DNA from: Chrysomallon squamiferum
Lineage: Eukaryota > Animalia > Mollusca
Direction: 5' to 3'
Assembly (NCBI GenBank): GCA_012295275.1
Contig: CM022673.1
Coordinates: 1,860,001 to 1,924,000 of the forward strand
Length of the DNA: 64,000 nt
The position numbers and the translations under genes were made by a program. A model generated the notes under the pieces. It did not search any database. It was given only the letters and a program-made list of their open reading frames with translations, and had not been told where the DNA came from. Positions 16,336 through 29,731 of the stretch are shown piece after piece. Positions within the stretch are counted from its first letter, which is position 1, and the number at the start of each line of letters is the position of its first letter.

Positions 16336-17007
16336 AAAAGACGTATTTGTTTACTACAAAGCAACAAAAAGAAAATTAGTAACAGATTTTCTTGACCCTC
16401 CAACTCTCGAATGTTGCTATTTAGATCTGGCCGTTTTGAATACGTTCACTGCCATCTTGCAGTTGAACTGCTCGCTCGTTCACTTGACCCGATACACACA
16501 GGGAACTTGAGTGCAGCGAGGTGTCTTTTCACAGTGTGTAGCCGTCCGTAATGACAAATCATATTATTACGTGTTACAGGCTGCAGAAGGCGACAACGAC
16601 TTGAACTGCAGAGTCAGAGGCGAGTGAAGAATCGGTTGTTCTGCGAACCGGGAGGACACGGCTCTGGAGTTCAAGCTGCTATTTAAAGTTAATTATATGT
16701 TAATTATCAGTTGTGTTTAAAGTTCACTTTCGTGTTTTGAAAGTGTCGTGTGAGAAACAGCCAGACTCGGAGCTGACAGAGCCAGCATGCGGAGTCCAGA
16801 TCTTGTTTACAAGTTTAAAAGTACTAATCCCAGTAGATTTCCTTATCGATTACCTTAACTGTCGTAGATTTAATTACTTTTTAGATTAGCTTAACTGTCG
16901 ATATTTTACGTTTGTAATGGCGAGATTTTTAGCGGTTGCGAACGATAGAAATGCAAATACAAACCAACGAGACCAGAACATTAATTCGGGTTGTACAAAC
17001 TTTGAGT

Positions 17008-17402
<395 letters not shown>

Positions 17403-18379
17403 CTGTTTTGCTGTGATCAGAATCTGTGAGCTGTAGATAATGTATCATGCTATTACTTGTATTTCTATAAGGGGGCTAGAAATAGAAAGGAAAACAATGC
17501 AGAAACCAGACCGTAAAAGAGAGAGAGAGAGAATATTTCTGAAAGGCTTACTCTTTTCAATCCTCAGTTAGACTGTCATAAGGTCCTAATGCAAAACCTT
17601 TCTCTGTATAACGTACGAAAACATTGTAGCCAGTTTGTTGGCTGATGTAGTTAAAAACTGATACTGTGACAAATGGACTATCAGCTGCTCAGTATGTGGA
17701 ATAATTATTCGTGTCAAGAGACTGAAAACTAATCATGAAGTTTAAAACTGTAATAGAAAGGTTGACAAGCTTTGTGTGACGAACGAAATGACCGCCTAAA
17801 TGTCAACCGTGAGCCGTAAGCCGTGTTTGTCACTTGAAGAGTTTTTGGTCAAATGCAAGTAATGATTTGTTGCCCCAAGGTGTCTAAAGAGTTTTGTTCT
17901 GAAACGGTTTAATGTCAAAGGTATTGCCGTATGGAGCAATAATCTTAAATACGACGAGATTACACAAAGATGTTAAATCCAGTATATGAACAGCTTAAGA
18001 ACCGTTCTGTGTTTCCACGAGATTTAAAAAGATGATACTGCAGATGTGATACTTTTTAATATCTACGAGAATTCAGCTCAGTTAAACAATACATTCACTG
18101 TAAACACACACCGGTAATGTCAACAATATCAAAGTGATAATGGTTTTGTTAAGCTGCATCAATCTGGAGACCGTAACGTTTTGCTGTTGTTAAATACTTC
18201 ACGTTTTAATAAAAAGAAGATTGTCAAGTGTCTGCTTATTTCTCTCTTCAAAAACACGCGTTGTTTTTTTCTCCTTTTAGAAACATATATAATTTTTGCT
18301 CTTTCAAAACAGTTATATTAATTTTGCATTCAAACAAACAAAACAAAACGTATATTAGTTCTGCATTCCGCAAAAATAC

Positions 18380-18498
<119 letters not shown>

Positions 18499-20289
18499 AA
18501 AAGCATATAATTGTTATATTTGCACATTTAAGAACGTACTTCCTTTCATACGTTTCTCCGTACTACTTGCCCGCCCCGGCGACTCAATTAACCCTCATTC
18601 AACGACCCAGGTAAGGCCCACCACAAACCAAAGATGCTGTATGGAGGAACGTGACCTAGAAATTAACGACACTATTGGATTTGTCTTTGACCAACTCATC
18701 GTCATTAATGGATCAGCAGGCGAGATAACGCAGTTTGTTAACTGTCTTCTCTAAACATCCCGTCTTGTTGAAAAACGTGGCGTTTCCATGAAGACTGTCT
18801 GTCGCATGGATTCACTCAGAGCAAACTGTTTTAAATCTCTAACTCGTTCTTGTCTGAACAAATCGCTGATGACGAACATGAAACAAAACGGAATACAGCT
18901 GATGACAACAATTGTGGGTTTAGGTGACGACAGTTAGAATATTAAATAAAATGCAGCCATTTTATATAATTGCATACACTGTTTAAAAAATCTGATTTTA
19001 ACGTAATTTAATGCGATGTAATTGAAAGCGCTATAAATAAAACGCGTTGTTGTCTATGAAGGACGTTTGTATGTAATTTGATTTTAGGTGTATAAAAATA
19101 TCGTGTCATTCTCGGCAAATTTCGTTAGTTTATTTCGTTATATTCGGTAATGGCGTCACCGATTTTCCGATACGTCCTTAATAAGAATCAAAGTTCAGCT
19201 CGGTTTTTGAAGTAGTAAAACATACTTTTCATTTGAAATATCACTTGTATCCTTTTCTTAATAAGGTAACGATTTAACTGAATTCAGTTATAAGTGTTTA
19301 GAGGTTTTGTCTAAAAACATCTAGGCTATGACATGCATTTAATAATAAAAATAAAAATAATGATGATGATGATGTTGAAGATAATGATGATGAAACTACT
19401 GCTACCACTACCACCACCACTACTACTATTAATAATAATAATAAATGTAACATTTTATCATTTCTATAGGATTCAGTGTTGTATAATAGAATTAGTTCAT
19501 TTTCATAATTTCAAAACAGAAGACCACATACCAATATTTATATTTTGATTATATAGATAATAGAATTATTGATTAAAAGTATAACTTTCTGTATTTCTTT
19601 TACATTTTTTTTTGGGAATTATAAATTAAAAAGTACTCTCTTTTTTTCTATATATTTTTAATTTAATATGATTAAATAGTTTTTCATCTGCTTGTAACAA
19701 GATAAAGTGCCGTTTTTCTGAAACAAATTTTAGTAAGAAAAAAATAAAATACTGGCGGATTTAAATTTTAAAGCAATTTGTTTATGTTATTCTAAAATGA
19801 TAGACTGTATCATTAAAAACAGAATTAAAAAGACAATAACAAACAAACAAAAAACAACAACAACACCACCCACCAACAACAAAAAAGAGAAAATGTCAAA
19901 AAGAAAAGCAGAAAAGGTGAATTAAAAGAAATAAAAAAAATAAAACATTTTATTACATAAAATGGAATTGAAATAATCGATACTAAGACCGGATTTAAAA
20001 ATAAAATAAAAAATACAAATGGAGAAGAGAAAATAAATAATTTTAAAAAAATTTAATTATATCAATATGATCTCTGTTCATGGTCATTAAAATATCTCCG
20101 TATTTTTTCACTTTATTTTTATAAATATGAAATCTGAAATCTGCAACTGGAGATGAAGTACCTCATCAGAACTGGATTTATCAAAAGAAATAATAATAGA
20201 AAAAACTGACAAGAAATGAAATTAATAAAGAAAGAATACAAGGTACATTATTAATAATCAAGCTGTTATAAGGATTCTAAGATGGTGAG

Positions 20290-20292
<3 letters not shown>

Positions 20293-20383
<91 letters not shown>

Positions 20384-20414
20384 CCAAACAATTTTCATTA
20401 TTACTAATGATAAA

Positions 20415-20465
<51 letters not shown>
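20293..20465. repeat. (GA)n then (AAT)n microsatellites
   Basis: Direct reading. Confidence 0.95.
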
Positions 20466-20863
20466 CTCCTGGAAAGAAGAACTGGTTGAACCAATGTGTG
20501 ACAAAACAAGATAAAAAGAAAACTAATATTCTTGAAACTTAATAAACACATAAGGTCGATTTCTCAAATGCAAGTTTATTTGCAAAGAACAATCATATTG
20601 ACAACACGACAATAAATCGATCAAAAACCTGCAACAAATCGAAACATCAATACGAAGGCTTACAATCACGTGGTGACAGTACTCAACTTCAAGAAAGAAA
20701 TTCTTTGACAGTTTTCTTCTTCCATCTATTGTGCGTTCACACTCAGTGGTATTAACGTCTAAATCTTTTAAGCTTTAGTTGTTAGTGAATTTTACCAAGT
20801 TTTTTTTTTGGCAGAAGATGTTGTAAAAGAAAAAACAACAGCCACTATAACGTAATATGATTG

Positions 20864-20986
20864 AGAAAAAGTTTTGTAAGAGCATTCTGTTCAGAAAAGA
20901 TTCAGAAAAAGTTTTGTAAGAGCATTCTATTCAGAAAAGATTCAGAAAAAGTTTTGTAAGAGCATTCTGTTCAGAAACGATTCAGA
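20864..20986. repeat. Tandem repeat, 3 x 40 bp (AGAAAAAGTTTTGTAAGAGCATTCTGTTCAGAAAAGATTC)
   Basis: Units start at 20864, 20904 and 20944 and are near-identical. Confidence 0.95.
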
Positions 20987-23694
20987 TATCTTCTCTGAGG
21001 ATTCGTAAATGTCAACGTAACCTCGGCTCTTCTGGTACCCTGGCACCGAAAACAGTGTCCATATCAAATGCAAAACGTTATCTTTGCTTCAATGTAATTT
21101 ATTTCCGTAGCAGACAGGTTTGCCAGTAAATTCAGATAGTACCTTTTTGTGCTTTGCGTTACGCAGTAAATGCGGCGGTAATGAGTTCGAGTGATTCACA
21201 GAAAGTCTTTTCTGCAATCGTCGATGACGTTCTCTGATTTCTCGAAATTAAATAAACGATCGTAATCTGCATTAATGATTCGTTTAAATTACAATAAAAA
21301 AAAAAAATGTTTTATGAAAAACTAAACCAAAACATAGCGTCTAAATAACATAATTTGTAATATGACGATGGGTTGAATAACGAGGGAACACAATACTGGA
21401 GTTATAAAGCAAATAATTAACGAAATACCATTGCTCGTCTTGCTTTCATCTTTTTCAAACTTTCATTGCTTCAAAGTATTCTTCTACATGACAAAAAATA
21501 TTATCTGGCTGATTGTTTTTTTTTTTTTTTTTTCAGGTAAAAGTCATGAAATTTTCACGTGCATATAAAGATGCCACATTTGCAAACGGAATCGATTCAT
21601 GTATAATTAATATCAAGGTGTTACTGTTGTTTTTAAATGATAAGATTTGTCACCGAACATCGATAATTGGTTTCTAAACGTGCAAAGTCTTTTTTTGTAA
21701 AGAGCTCCGTGTATATGTGTACTTGATTAACTTTATTAATAAACATAAAAAGATAGGAAAAGGTAAAAACAAATGTCTTCAGAATAATGAGAAAAAAAGT
21801 AAATCTTAATAATATAGATATGATAAAAGAAATAATAATAATGGATGATGATAATGATGATAATAATAATGATAACAACAACAACAAAAACAACAATAAT
21901 AATAATGACGAAGAAGATAATACTAATAATGCTGCTGCTGTTGACGATATTGACACCGATAACTATGATAAAATAAAATCAGCATTATCATAATATAAAA
22001 AGCATTTGCGACATTGTAAACTAAAAAGCAAATTCTTGTTTTAACTCTTATAAAAATATGTTTTGATATTAGAGCACTTATCTTCACATTATCAGGCAAA
22101 AACATTTCTAGAAACTTCTAGAAACAAAACAGCAAAAACAATCAGAATTCTCAAACAACACATAGTTTTAAAATGTCCTCCTCAAAAAAAAAAATAGTTA
22201 TATTCAAGAAACAATCGCCCAGAAATTTCTTTAAAGAGTGATCTTCTTTTACAGAAAGTCTAAATGTGCGAACGTAATATATATATATATATATATATAA
22301 ATATGTCACTTTGACCCATCAGTCTTTGTTCTCCATTATAAAAATGAAATTGTGTCTCACCTATAATTTGAACTCGCTAGCTGGCAGCCTGGAAACCAGA
22401 CATGCCTTGGAAGGAAACCGTTTATTAGAAGCACCGTGAGGAACAATTTAAAACATAATCACCAGCTTCAGGAAATAGAAGACTGAGACACTGTAAATAA
22501 GTTTTAGCCCACATCAAAGATACATTGGTCGAATTTTCTCTGACACGAGATCGAGTTATCGCTTGGGATAAGATCCTGTTTAGGAAATCTTTTCTTTAAC
22601 TGGAAGGCTAGAAGCTATTTTTTTTTCTTTTTTTTTTTTTTTTTTATGAATCTGAGAGTGTATTTGAAGCGAAATTTATAACTTTAAAATGACTTTGTAA
22701 TGATTCATTTTTTGATGAAAATAACAACAACATAAAACGAACGCTAACTGATAACCACAGGATTAGTCATTTCCTTTTTGCGTTTTCTTTAAAGTCAAGT
22801 AGAAGTGATTTTTTCCCCCTGCTTACAGTTAGTACAAGCACATCTGAAAATCCCTCTCATACGTGTATCTTTTAATCCATCTACTTATATCCCTGCTAAT
22901 CGATCCAGATATTCGTTATCTACACATCTGTCTGACTGTATGCCATCCATCCGTCTTCTATATATTTGTCTACCCTTTCATTCCATCCATTAATATCTAT
23001 CTGACTACCTTCTACCTGTTCATCTCTTTTCATCCGTCCATCTTTTATATTTCTGTCTACCCTTTCTTTCCATCCGTCCTTATTTTACTTATTTATCTAC
23101 CTTCCATCCGTCCGTCTAGATATCATCCATCCGCCTTCCGTCTGTGTGTCAACCTTTTCGTTTCTTCTATTTTTTATCCATTCAACTATCATCAATTCAT
23201 CTTTCCATGTTAAAGTGATCACGTTATGTCATAATTTTGAAAGATAATTATTTAAAGGTTTGTTTGTATTGAACAAAAAGCCAAGGCCAATAACAGGAAA
23301 AATAACAAAAAATGTTGAGTCTTAAAAAAGGTTGCAAAAAAAGAAAAGAAAGAAGGACAAAATGCTTTGAAAGACTGAGTGTGGTAATAAAACGAACAAT
23401 GTTTATTTTTTTTGTTCTTTCTTGTCTTTTTTGTTGTGTTTTCTTTAATGTCAAGCACTTGCATTTCTTCCTGTTTACACTTTCTAAACGGTCAATTTGG
23501 ATGTGACAGGATTACTACACTGTTGCTGATTCCCCCATTTTGTTTTATTCAGTCTTCTACGTTGTAGACAACAACAACATCAGAGTCCCCCTTGTATCGA
23601 AATTTCTAACCCGCCCTTGTATCTACTTGTTTTATTTTAGTGTGTAGGTCAAAGCTTTTTCTAAATTGTATACATGATATTTGTATGTTTAAAC

Positions 23695-23819
23695 ATTGTT
23701 ACAATATTTTTATCATTTGGGATTTCAGATCTTCACGTGTTTCGACTGAGATAATATTGTTACAATATTTTTATCATTTGGGATTTCAGATCTTCACGTG
23801 TTTCGACTGAGATAATATT
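23695..23819. repeat. Perfect tandem duplication, 2 x 61 bp
   Basis: ATTGTTACAATATTTTTATCATTTGGGATTTCAGATCTTCACGTGTTTCGACTGAGATAAT at 23695 and 23756. Confidence 0.95.
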
Positions 23820-24643
23820 TTTCATCACTTCTCATTCATAATCATAGGTTATCACTGATGTGTCAAAGGATCTAACTGTTATACAGCAAAGTGCATACGT
23901 ACGCTACGGACTTACGTTTGTTTGAATAACCACACATACACACCTACATACATACATAAATAAATACATACATAAACACATACACACACACATACATATA
24001 TATACACGTGCATACACATATGTACATATACATACATACATACACATAAAGACAAATATACACACAAGCGATACAACATGTTTCTTCTCTTCTTTCATAA
24101 ACATTTTCTTTCTTTGAGTTCTTTCTGTAGATATTCCAGTACTTTACATACACTGGAAAAATCCTTACAGTTTCCTACAATAACAATGGAAATTATGAAA
24201 ATCTTCTTTAAATCTCTTGCGTAGATTAAATTCCTTTTCCTAGTTAACTTTGTGTAATCGTTTACGACTGTCTGCTGAAAATAACTAAGATGGTCATCCT
24301 CGATTAATATTTACGCCCAAATTTTAAACTATTTTTACGAAGGTCCAGCAGTCTGACAGATAGAAATTGTGTTACTGAAGAGTGGCTTGGCTGTCGGTAG
24401 TAAACAGCTTTGTAGAGTTTTTCCACTGACAGTTTACCTGGGGACATAGTTTAAGTTATCGTTATTTTCTGTAGTTTTCAACAAGAACGGATGTAGTAAA
24501 GGAGTGAACGATTTCAGATTAGTATAATTATTGCAGTATTCGTCGAAGATTTTAATTTTTGTTTTTAAGCAGAGAATAATGTTTATTATGAATGGACATC
24601 GTTACATATAATTTGTTTTCAGACTTCCCTTTGAATGTACGAG

Positions 24644-24705
<62 letters not shown>

Positions 24706-25427
24706 CTCATGCACACACAGATAAAAAAGCACTAATTTTGCCATAGTAAATCTATCTGCTAAGTTTCAGCCAAAAATAACTTAAAATAATAAAATTACAA
24801 ATCGCATTTATTTAGACGTTATTTTTTTTCGAACGACGGGTTTATTGCGCATTGATTAAGGTGTAATACCTGGTTATGGTTCATAGTTGACACTGAAAAC
24901 ACAAATATCCAAGAAATATCGGAAAAATAACAAACATCTGAAGCATAAACCGATGTATTCTACGTCACTATGGTGATCATGACAGAATAGTGTATTCATA
25001 TGACATGTTTTATTATTTAAAAAAAAAAAAAAAAAAAAAAAAAATCGTTTTCTTTTTCTTCTGGATGTGTGTATTATATGTATCTCTGGATAAATATATA
25101 CACTGCGTGCTATCGTTTTTTTTGTTGTTTTTGGTTTATATATATTTACATATACATGTGTGTATGTGAGTGTAAGTCTATGTATTCATGTGTACACCTT
25201 CATGTATACACGTTCATACAAAACAATTATGCACACAGGTACACATTAATACACATTTGTAATTATGAATTCCATATTTTTCTACCTTCTGTCTGCTTCC
25301 AAATTAAATTAGTTTTCAATCGTGCACCAAACCCCCCCCCCCAAAAAAAAAACCAACAACAACACACGCACACATAACCACATTGACTGCATAAACACCA
25401 ATAAGAAACATTTCTTTTTTCACTTAC

Positions 25428-25664
25428 CTTGGTGTCATTCCACGTCATTTTCAGAGTGTAGTCCCTCAGTATTCGCGAATCATTATTAATGTGCTGCAGG
25501 GCCAGCTCCACCGCGGGCCTCACCCCACGGCCGATAGCCCCCTCTGGAATCTCGTCCGAGGTTGGAAACAAGCCGGCTATGTATATATCTCGCTTGAGGC
25601 AGGTAACGGTGGAGGCGATTGCATACACCATGCACAGAAAGTACATGAAAAACACACCCATCAT
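25428..25664 (-). CDS. GABBR2: First coding exon (79 aa) of a GABA-B receptor subunit 2-like class C GPCR: signal peptide plus start of the Venus flytrap domain
   Basis: Translation MMGVFFMYFLCMVYAIASTVTC-LKRDIYIAGLFPTSDEIPEGAIGRGVRPAVELALQHINNDSRILRDYTLKMTWNDTK. A hydrophobic signal peptide is followed by motifs matching GABA-B2 N-termini as I recall them (IAGxFP, IGRGVxPAVELA, LxxxWNDT). Similarity stops exactly at a canonical donor AAG|GTAAGTG (GT at 25427-25426, phase 0), just before the conserved Cys. The track ORF 25263..25769 starts at a TTG and reads through the donor. Confidence 0.9.
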
Positions 25665-25735
25665 CAGACAGACTTCAACGGACAATCTTCCTCGAGTTTT
25701 ACTTCCTTTGGAAAGCCCGAAGTTGTCACAATCAT
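25664..25735 (-). promoter_or_regulatory. Upstream ORF 2 (23 aa, MIVTTSGFPKEVKLEEDCPLKSV*)
   Basis: ATG at 25735. Its TGA at 25666-25664 overlaps the receptor ATG (TGATG). Confidence 0.5.
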
Positions 25736-25809
25736 GTTTCTCCAGCAAAATAAGAAACAGTAGGTGCAACCGTGTAACACTGCGTACAAATATCTGACTG
25801 CCGGGCCAT
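25732..25809 (-). promoter_or_regulatory. Upstream ORF 1 (25 aa, MARQSDICTQCYTVAPTVSYFAGET*)
   Basis: ATG in strong context (ATAATGG) at 25809. Its TGA at 25734-25732 overlaps the next ATG (ATGA). Presence in the mRNA is inferred. Confidence 0.5.
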
Positions 25810-26039
25810 TATGTTACTAAAAACATTTTAAATATAATAATTATCTATATATAAAAATAATAATAATAATAATAATATATAAATAAATACACAAACAGGG
25901 ACAAAAACGATATTTAAAAAAGATGATGAAGAAAAAATATCCACTTTTCGTTTTCTTTTTGTTTCTCTCTAACTTCTTTTAAGCAGTAAATAAATAAATA
26001 AATAAAAAAATTAAATAAATAAAAATGGCCAATTTCTGA

Positions 26040-26365
26040 AATACCGCCGAAGTCTTTAAAGCATTTGCATTATAGGAAGCCCAGTGCCGAGACCACAGTT
26101 CCAATTAAGTCGCTCTCGCACCAGCCCCATTTGATAGTCGAGAAGTAGTCGATGAGAAAACAGTCGACCGCCAGCCTAACCGCGTCTGTGAGCGAGACGT
26201 CTATTGGCTGCGGCAGAATCAGAGACGAAAGAATGAAACGTTCGTTGGATATCGAACTGCGGAAAGCGTCAGTGCCAATGGACAGATTCTTCCTATGTGC
26301 TGCTAGAATTGAGCTTATCAGAAAATTTGCCAAAATAATAAAATAAATTAAAGAATGAGAAAAAG

Positions 26366-26398
<33 letters not shown>

Positions 26399-26560
26399 AA
26401 CGGAATTTTTAGAATCTGTCGAGCAGGCGCATTACCGAGAAAACCGCAATCAACTAGTCGAGTAAGAAATGACGTCGTCCTGTACGTTGTAGCAGCTGCA
26501 CCGCCACTTATTAAGGAGGGACGGTGTAGGATTGGGGGTGTTTACGAATATTAGCGAACA
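26040..26560 (-). promoter_or_regulatory. Candidate promoter / 5' region of the GABA-B2-like gene
   Basis: CpG-richer island directly upstream of exon 1. It has a consensus-like CCAAT box (CAGCCAATAGACG on the minus strand, 26198-26210), a CRE-like TGACGTC near 26470 and a poly(dA) tract at about 26366-26395. Confidence 0.5.
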
Positions 26561-27252
26561 TGGACGAAGATATGCTGATTTCAAATATAATGACTTTTTT
26601 AAAATCGACTTTTCGCATTTCTTTTAATATATTCTTTCTCATTCTATAGAGTAATAGTCGTAGTAAGAGTAGTAGTGGTTGTTGCTGTTGTTGTTGTGGT
26701 GGTGATAGTAATAGTAACAGCAGTAGCAGAGTAGCGATAATTGTAGTAGAAGTAGCAGCAGCAGCAGCAGTGGTAGTAGTAGTAGTAGTAGTAGCGGTAA
26801 TTATTATTATTTCAAAAACAAAATGCCTTCTCTAACAGTTAATTTCGCCTGATCATAAAAGCATGAATGTCGTAATCCGTTTCTCAGCGGAAACGTGCCA
26901 GTTTACGGCAAAGCATTATATGTGCCTGTTTTATTCCACTCTCGAATTAACGAGTCTTTTGATGTAACTCACATCGCTGTACTCCCTTTATTTACACTTG
27001 GTTTATTTCCTATATAAAATGTGAAATCATATTTTATATTGATTTCATTACCCGAGTTTATTAACCTAACTTTTCAGAAGGCTACCGTCAGAAGAGAATA
27101 AAAAGATTATAATGCTTACAGTTTTCATTTTTCACTTTCTTTTTCTCTTTTTCTTTTTCTTTTATTCGTTTTTTTCTTTCTTTCTTTTCTTTTCTTTCAT
27201 TTTTTTTTCATTTTTTTTTCTTTTTCATTATTATTATTATTATTACTATTAC

Positions 27253-27304
<52 letters not shown>

Positions 27305-27865
27305 TGTTAAAATAAAATAATTATGGTTTTATTTAAAATAAAAATCTAAAAAAAAACAACCCAAAAAACAAACAAAAAACCTCCAACCTAAAAAACAACG
27401 TGAAATGTGTCAGATACAAAATCTGAACGAATCGACGCTGAAGCTCCACGTATGCGGTATTTGTTTTTAATAATTGTTTTATGCCCTGACGGCGAGTTGC
27501 ATAAGAGAGGCAACGAATATGATTGGAGTGTGCTGTAATATGTTTCCAGCCTCAGGGGTGCAGCTAAGCCAAATATATTGAACGTAAAACGAGTTTCAAA
27601 GATTGCAGCGGTATTTTCTGTGATGTAACGTTTATAATTGGGTTGTTATCACGATACAGGGATTGAAGCTGACGGTTGATGTCAATAATGAAAACGTTTT
27701 TTATTTCCATTTTTTTTTTTTTTTTGATCTGGTGTTTTGTATTCGCTGTTTTAAAGTGTGTGTATAATAAATATAACAACTGCACACGAATTATTGTTTA
27801 ATATTAATATGGAACTGTAAAAGCTAAATTTTGTTTAAAGATTTCAGACAATATATTTAATTATT

Positions 27866-27950
<85 letters not shown>

Positions 27951-28509
27951 ATTGTCTTTTCTCTCTTTTTCTCTTTGACATATATCTAATCATACTAAAT
28001 TGTATTATTTTTATAACTGCTGCATGCTAAATGCCCAGGATCTCTAATACAATATTTATCCTTTTATAGCTGATGTTCATGCGTCTGTCCTCGTATTTGT
28101 TTTCTCTTTTTCACGAGTGGAAAATACTGATTACACACATATTAATATTTCATGTGACAATCAAACTTAAAATCAAAAGTTATATTGTTCCTTCTTTTTA
28201 TTCATCCGATCATGTTTGGTGGTAGCATTTCATCTGACTGTTGTTATTACAGTGATATTTGCTGGAGCAAATCTGTTGTTTCATGCAGATTATTTAGCGA
28301 CATAATTCGCTACGTAAAAGCTTAGACTTTCTGTTAAACCCCAAAGCGAGCTCTCTCTGTGCTTGTTTCGAGGCTGCTGAGAACATTTGCATATGCAGCT
28401 GTTAACGGGAAACAGAGTATAGAAATGTATGCGATGGACGTTAATTCCATTAAGCTTTCTGAAAAATCCTGTCTGTATTTATCAAAGCTTTTCTGTGTGT
28501 ATATACGTT

Positions 28510-28810
28510 TATGTATGTTTATGTATTTGTGTATGTATGTTTGTATGTGTGTATGTACGTATTATGTATGTGTGTATGTATGTAGGTATGTATGTACGTA
28601 TTATGTACGTGTGTATGTATGTACGTATGTACGTGTGTATGTACGTATTATGTGTGTGTATGTATGTATGTATGTATGTATGTACGTATGTATGTATGTA
28701 CGTACGTATGTATGTATGTATGTATGTATGTATGTATGTATGTATGTATGTACGTACGTATGTATGTATGTATCCATGCATGCATGTATGTATGTATGTA
28801 TGTGTGTATA
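28510..28810. repeat. Degenerate (TATG)n tract
   Basis: Direct reading. Source of the MYVC-type ORFs. Confidence 0.95.
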
Positions 28811-29617
28811 AGTGTTTATTTATCTGTGTGCAGTGGTGTGTATACATACGTGTGCTAACACACACACACACACAGAAACTCACTGTCTTGATTGGTAAAT
28901 AGCCAAAAACTCTCATCGCAAATACACCGCGACTGTCAACAGCGATACAGCTTTATCTCAAACAAACCATCAAACTTCAACTCATCTAATGATTTATGCA
29001 TGTATACAAACAAATGTTCGATATCGGCTGAAGGATATTTTCGATAAACGTTTGAAAACGTTTAGAAGCAGCTCACTGTTTCTTGTATCGCGTCACTGAA
29101 ATGAAAGAATTGCTAGAATATCTATCAGATGACACGTTTTGCCAAATCAATCCCGGGTCATTAAAAACAAATCTGGTAAAATTGATTTGGAATCCCTAAA
29201 GGGATAAGATAATCGCATATCGATGGTGGACACTGTTTTTGTTGGCAACACTTTAGACTGAGAATTGTTACGGTTATTTGCACTTCTGTAATACAATACT
29301 GTAGTGAAAGAAAGATTTGTGCTTAATGAAACTGTACTGTAGAAAAGTGGATTCTTTAAAAAAGTAACAAACTGTTACCATTATTGCTACTACCACTGTT
29401 CTACTACTGCTGTTAACACTACTACGGTTTTTACTTATATTTCCACTGCTACATTTATCACTAATACAACAACTACTACTGGAACTATTTGTATTACTTC
29501 TAGTACTACTATTACTAATACTGTAATTATAAATATTATTACCGTCAAGTCGACTATTGTTAAGAACGTCGTTAAAAGAAAGATAGACAGCAAAACAGAG
29601 AGAAAGTGAGAGAGAGG

Positions 29618-29731
<114 letters not shown>

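Noticed and set aside
25263-25769. 168-aa ORF taken as the full protein
   Set aside because: It starts at a TTG, and the signal peptide begins at the ATG at 25664. Residues after WNDTK are intron read-through.
25489-25797. Plus-strand ORFs of 102 and 90 aa
   Set aside because: Antisense shadows of the GABA-B exon with no recognisable domain.
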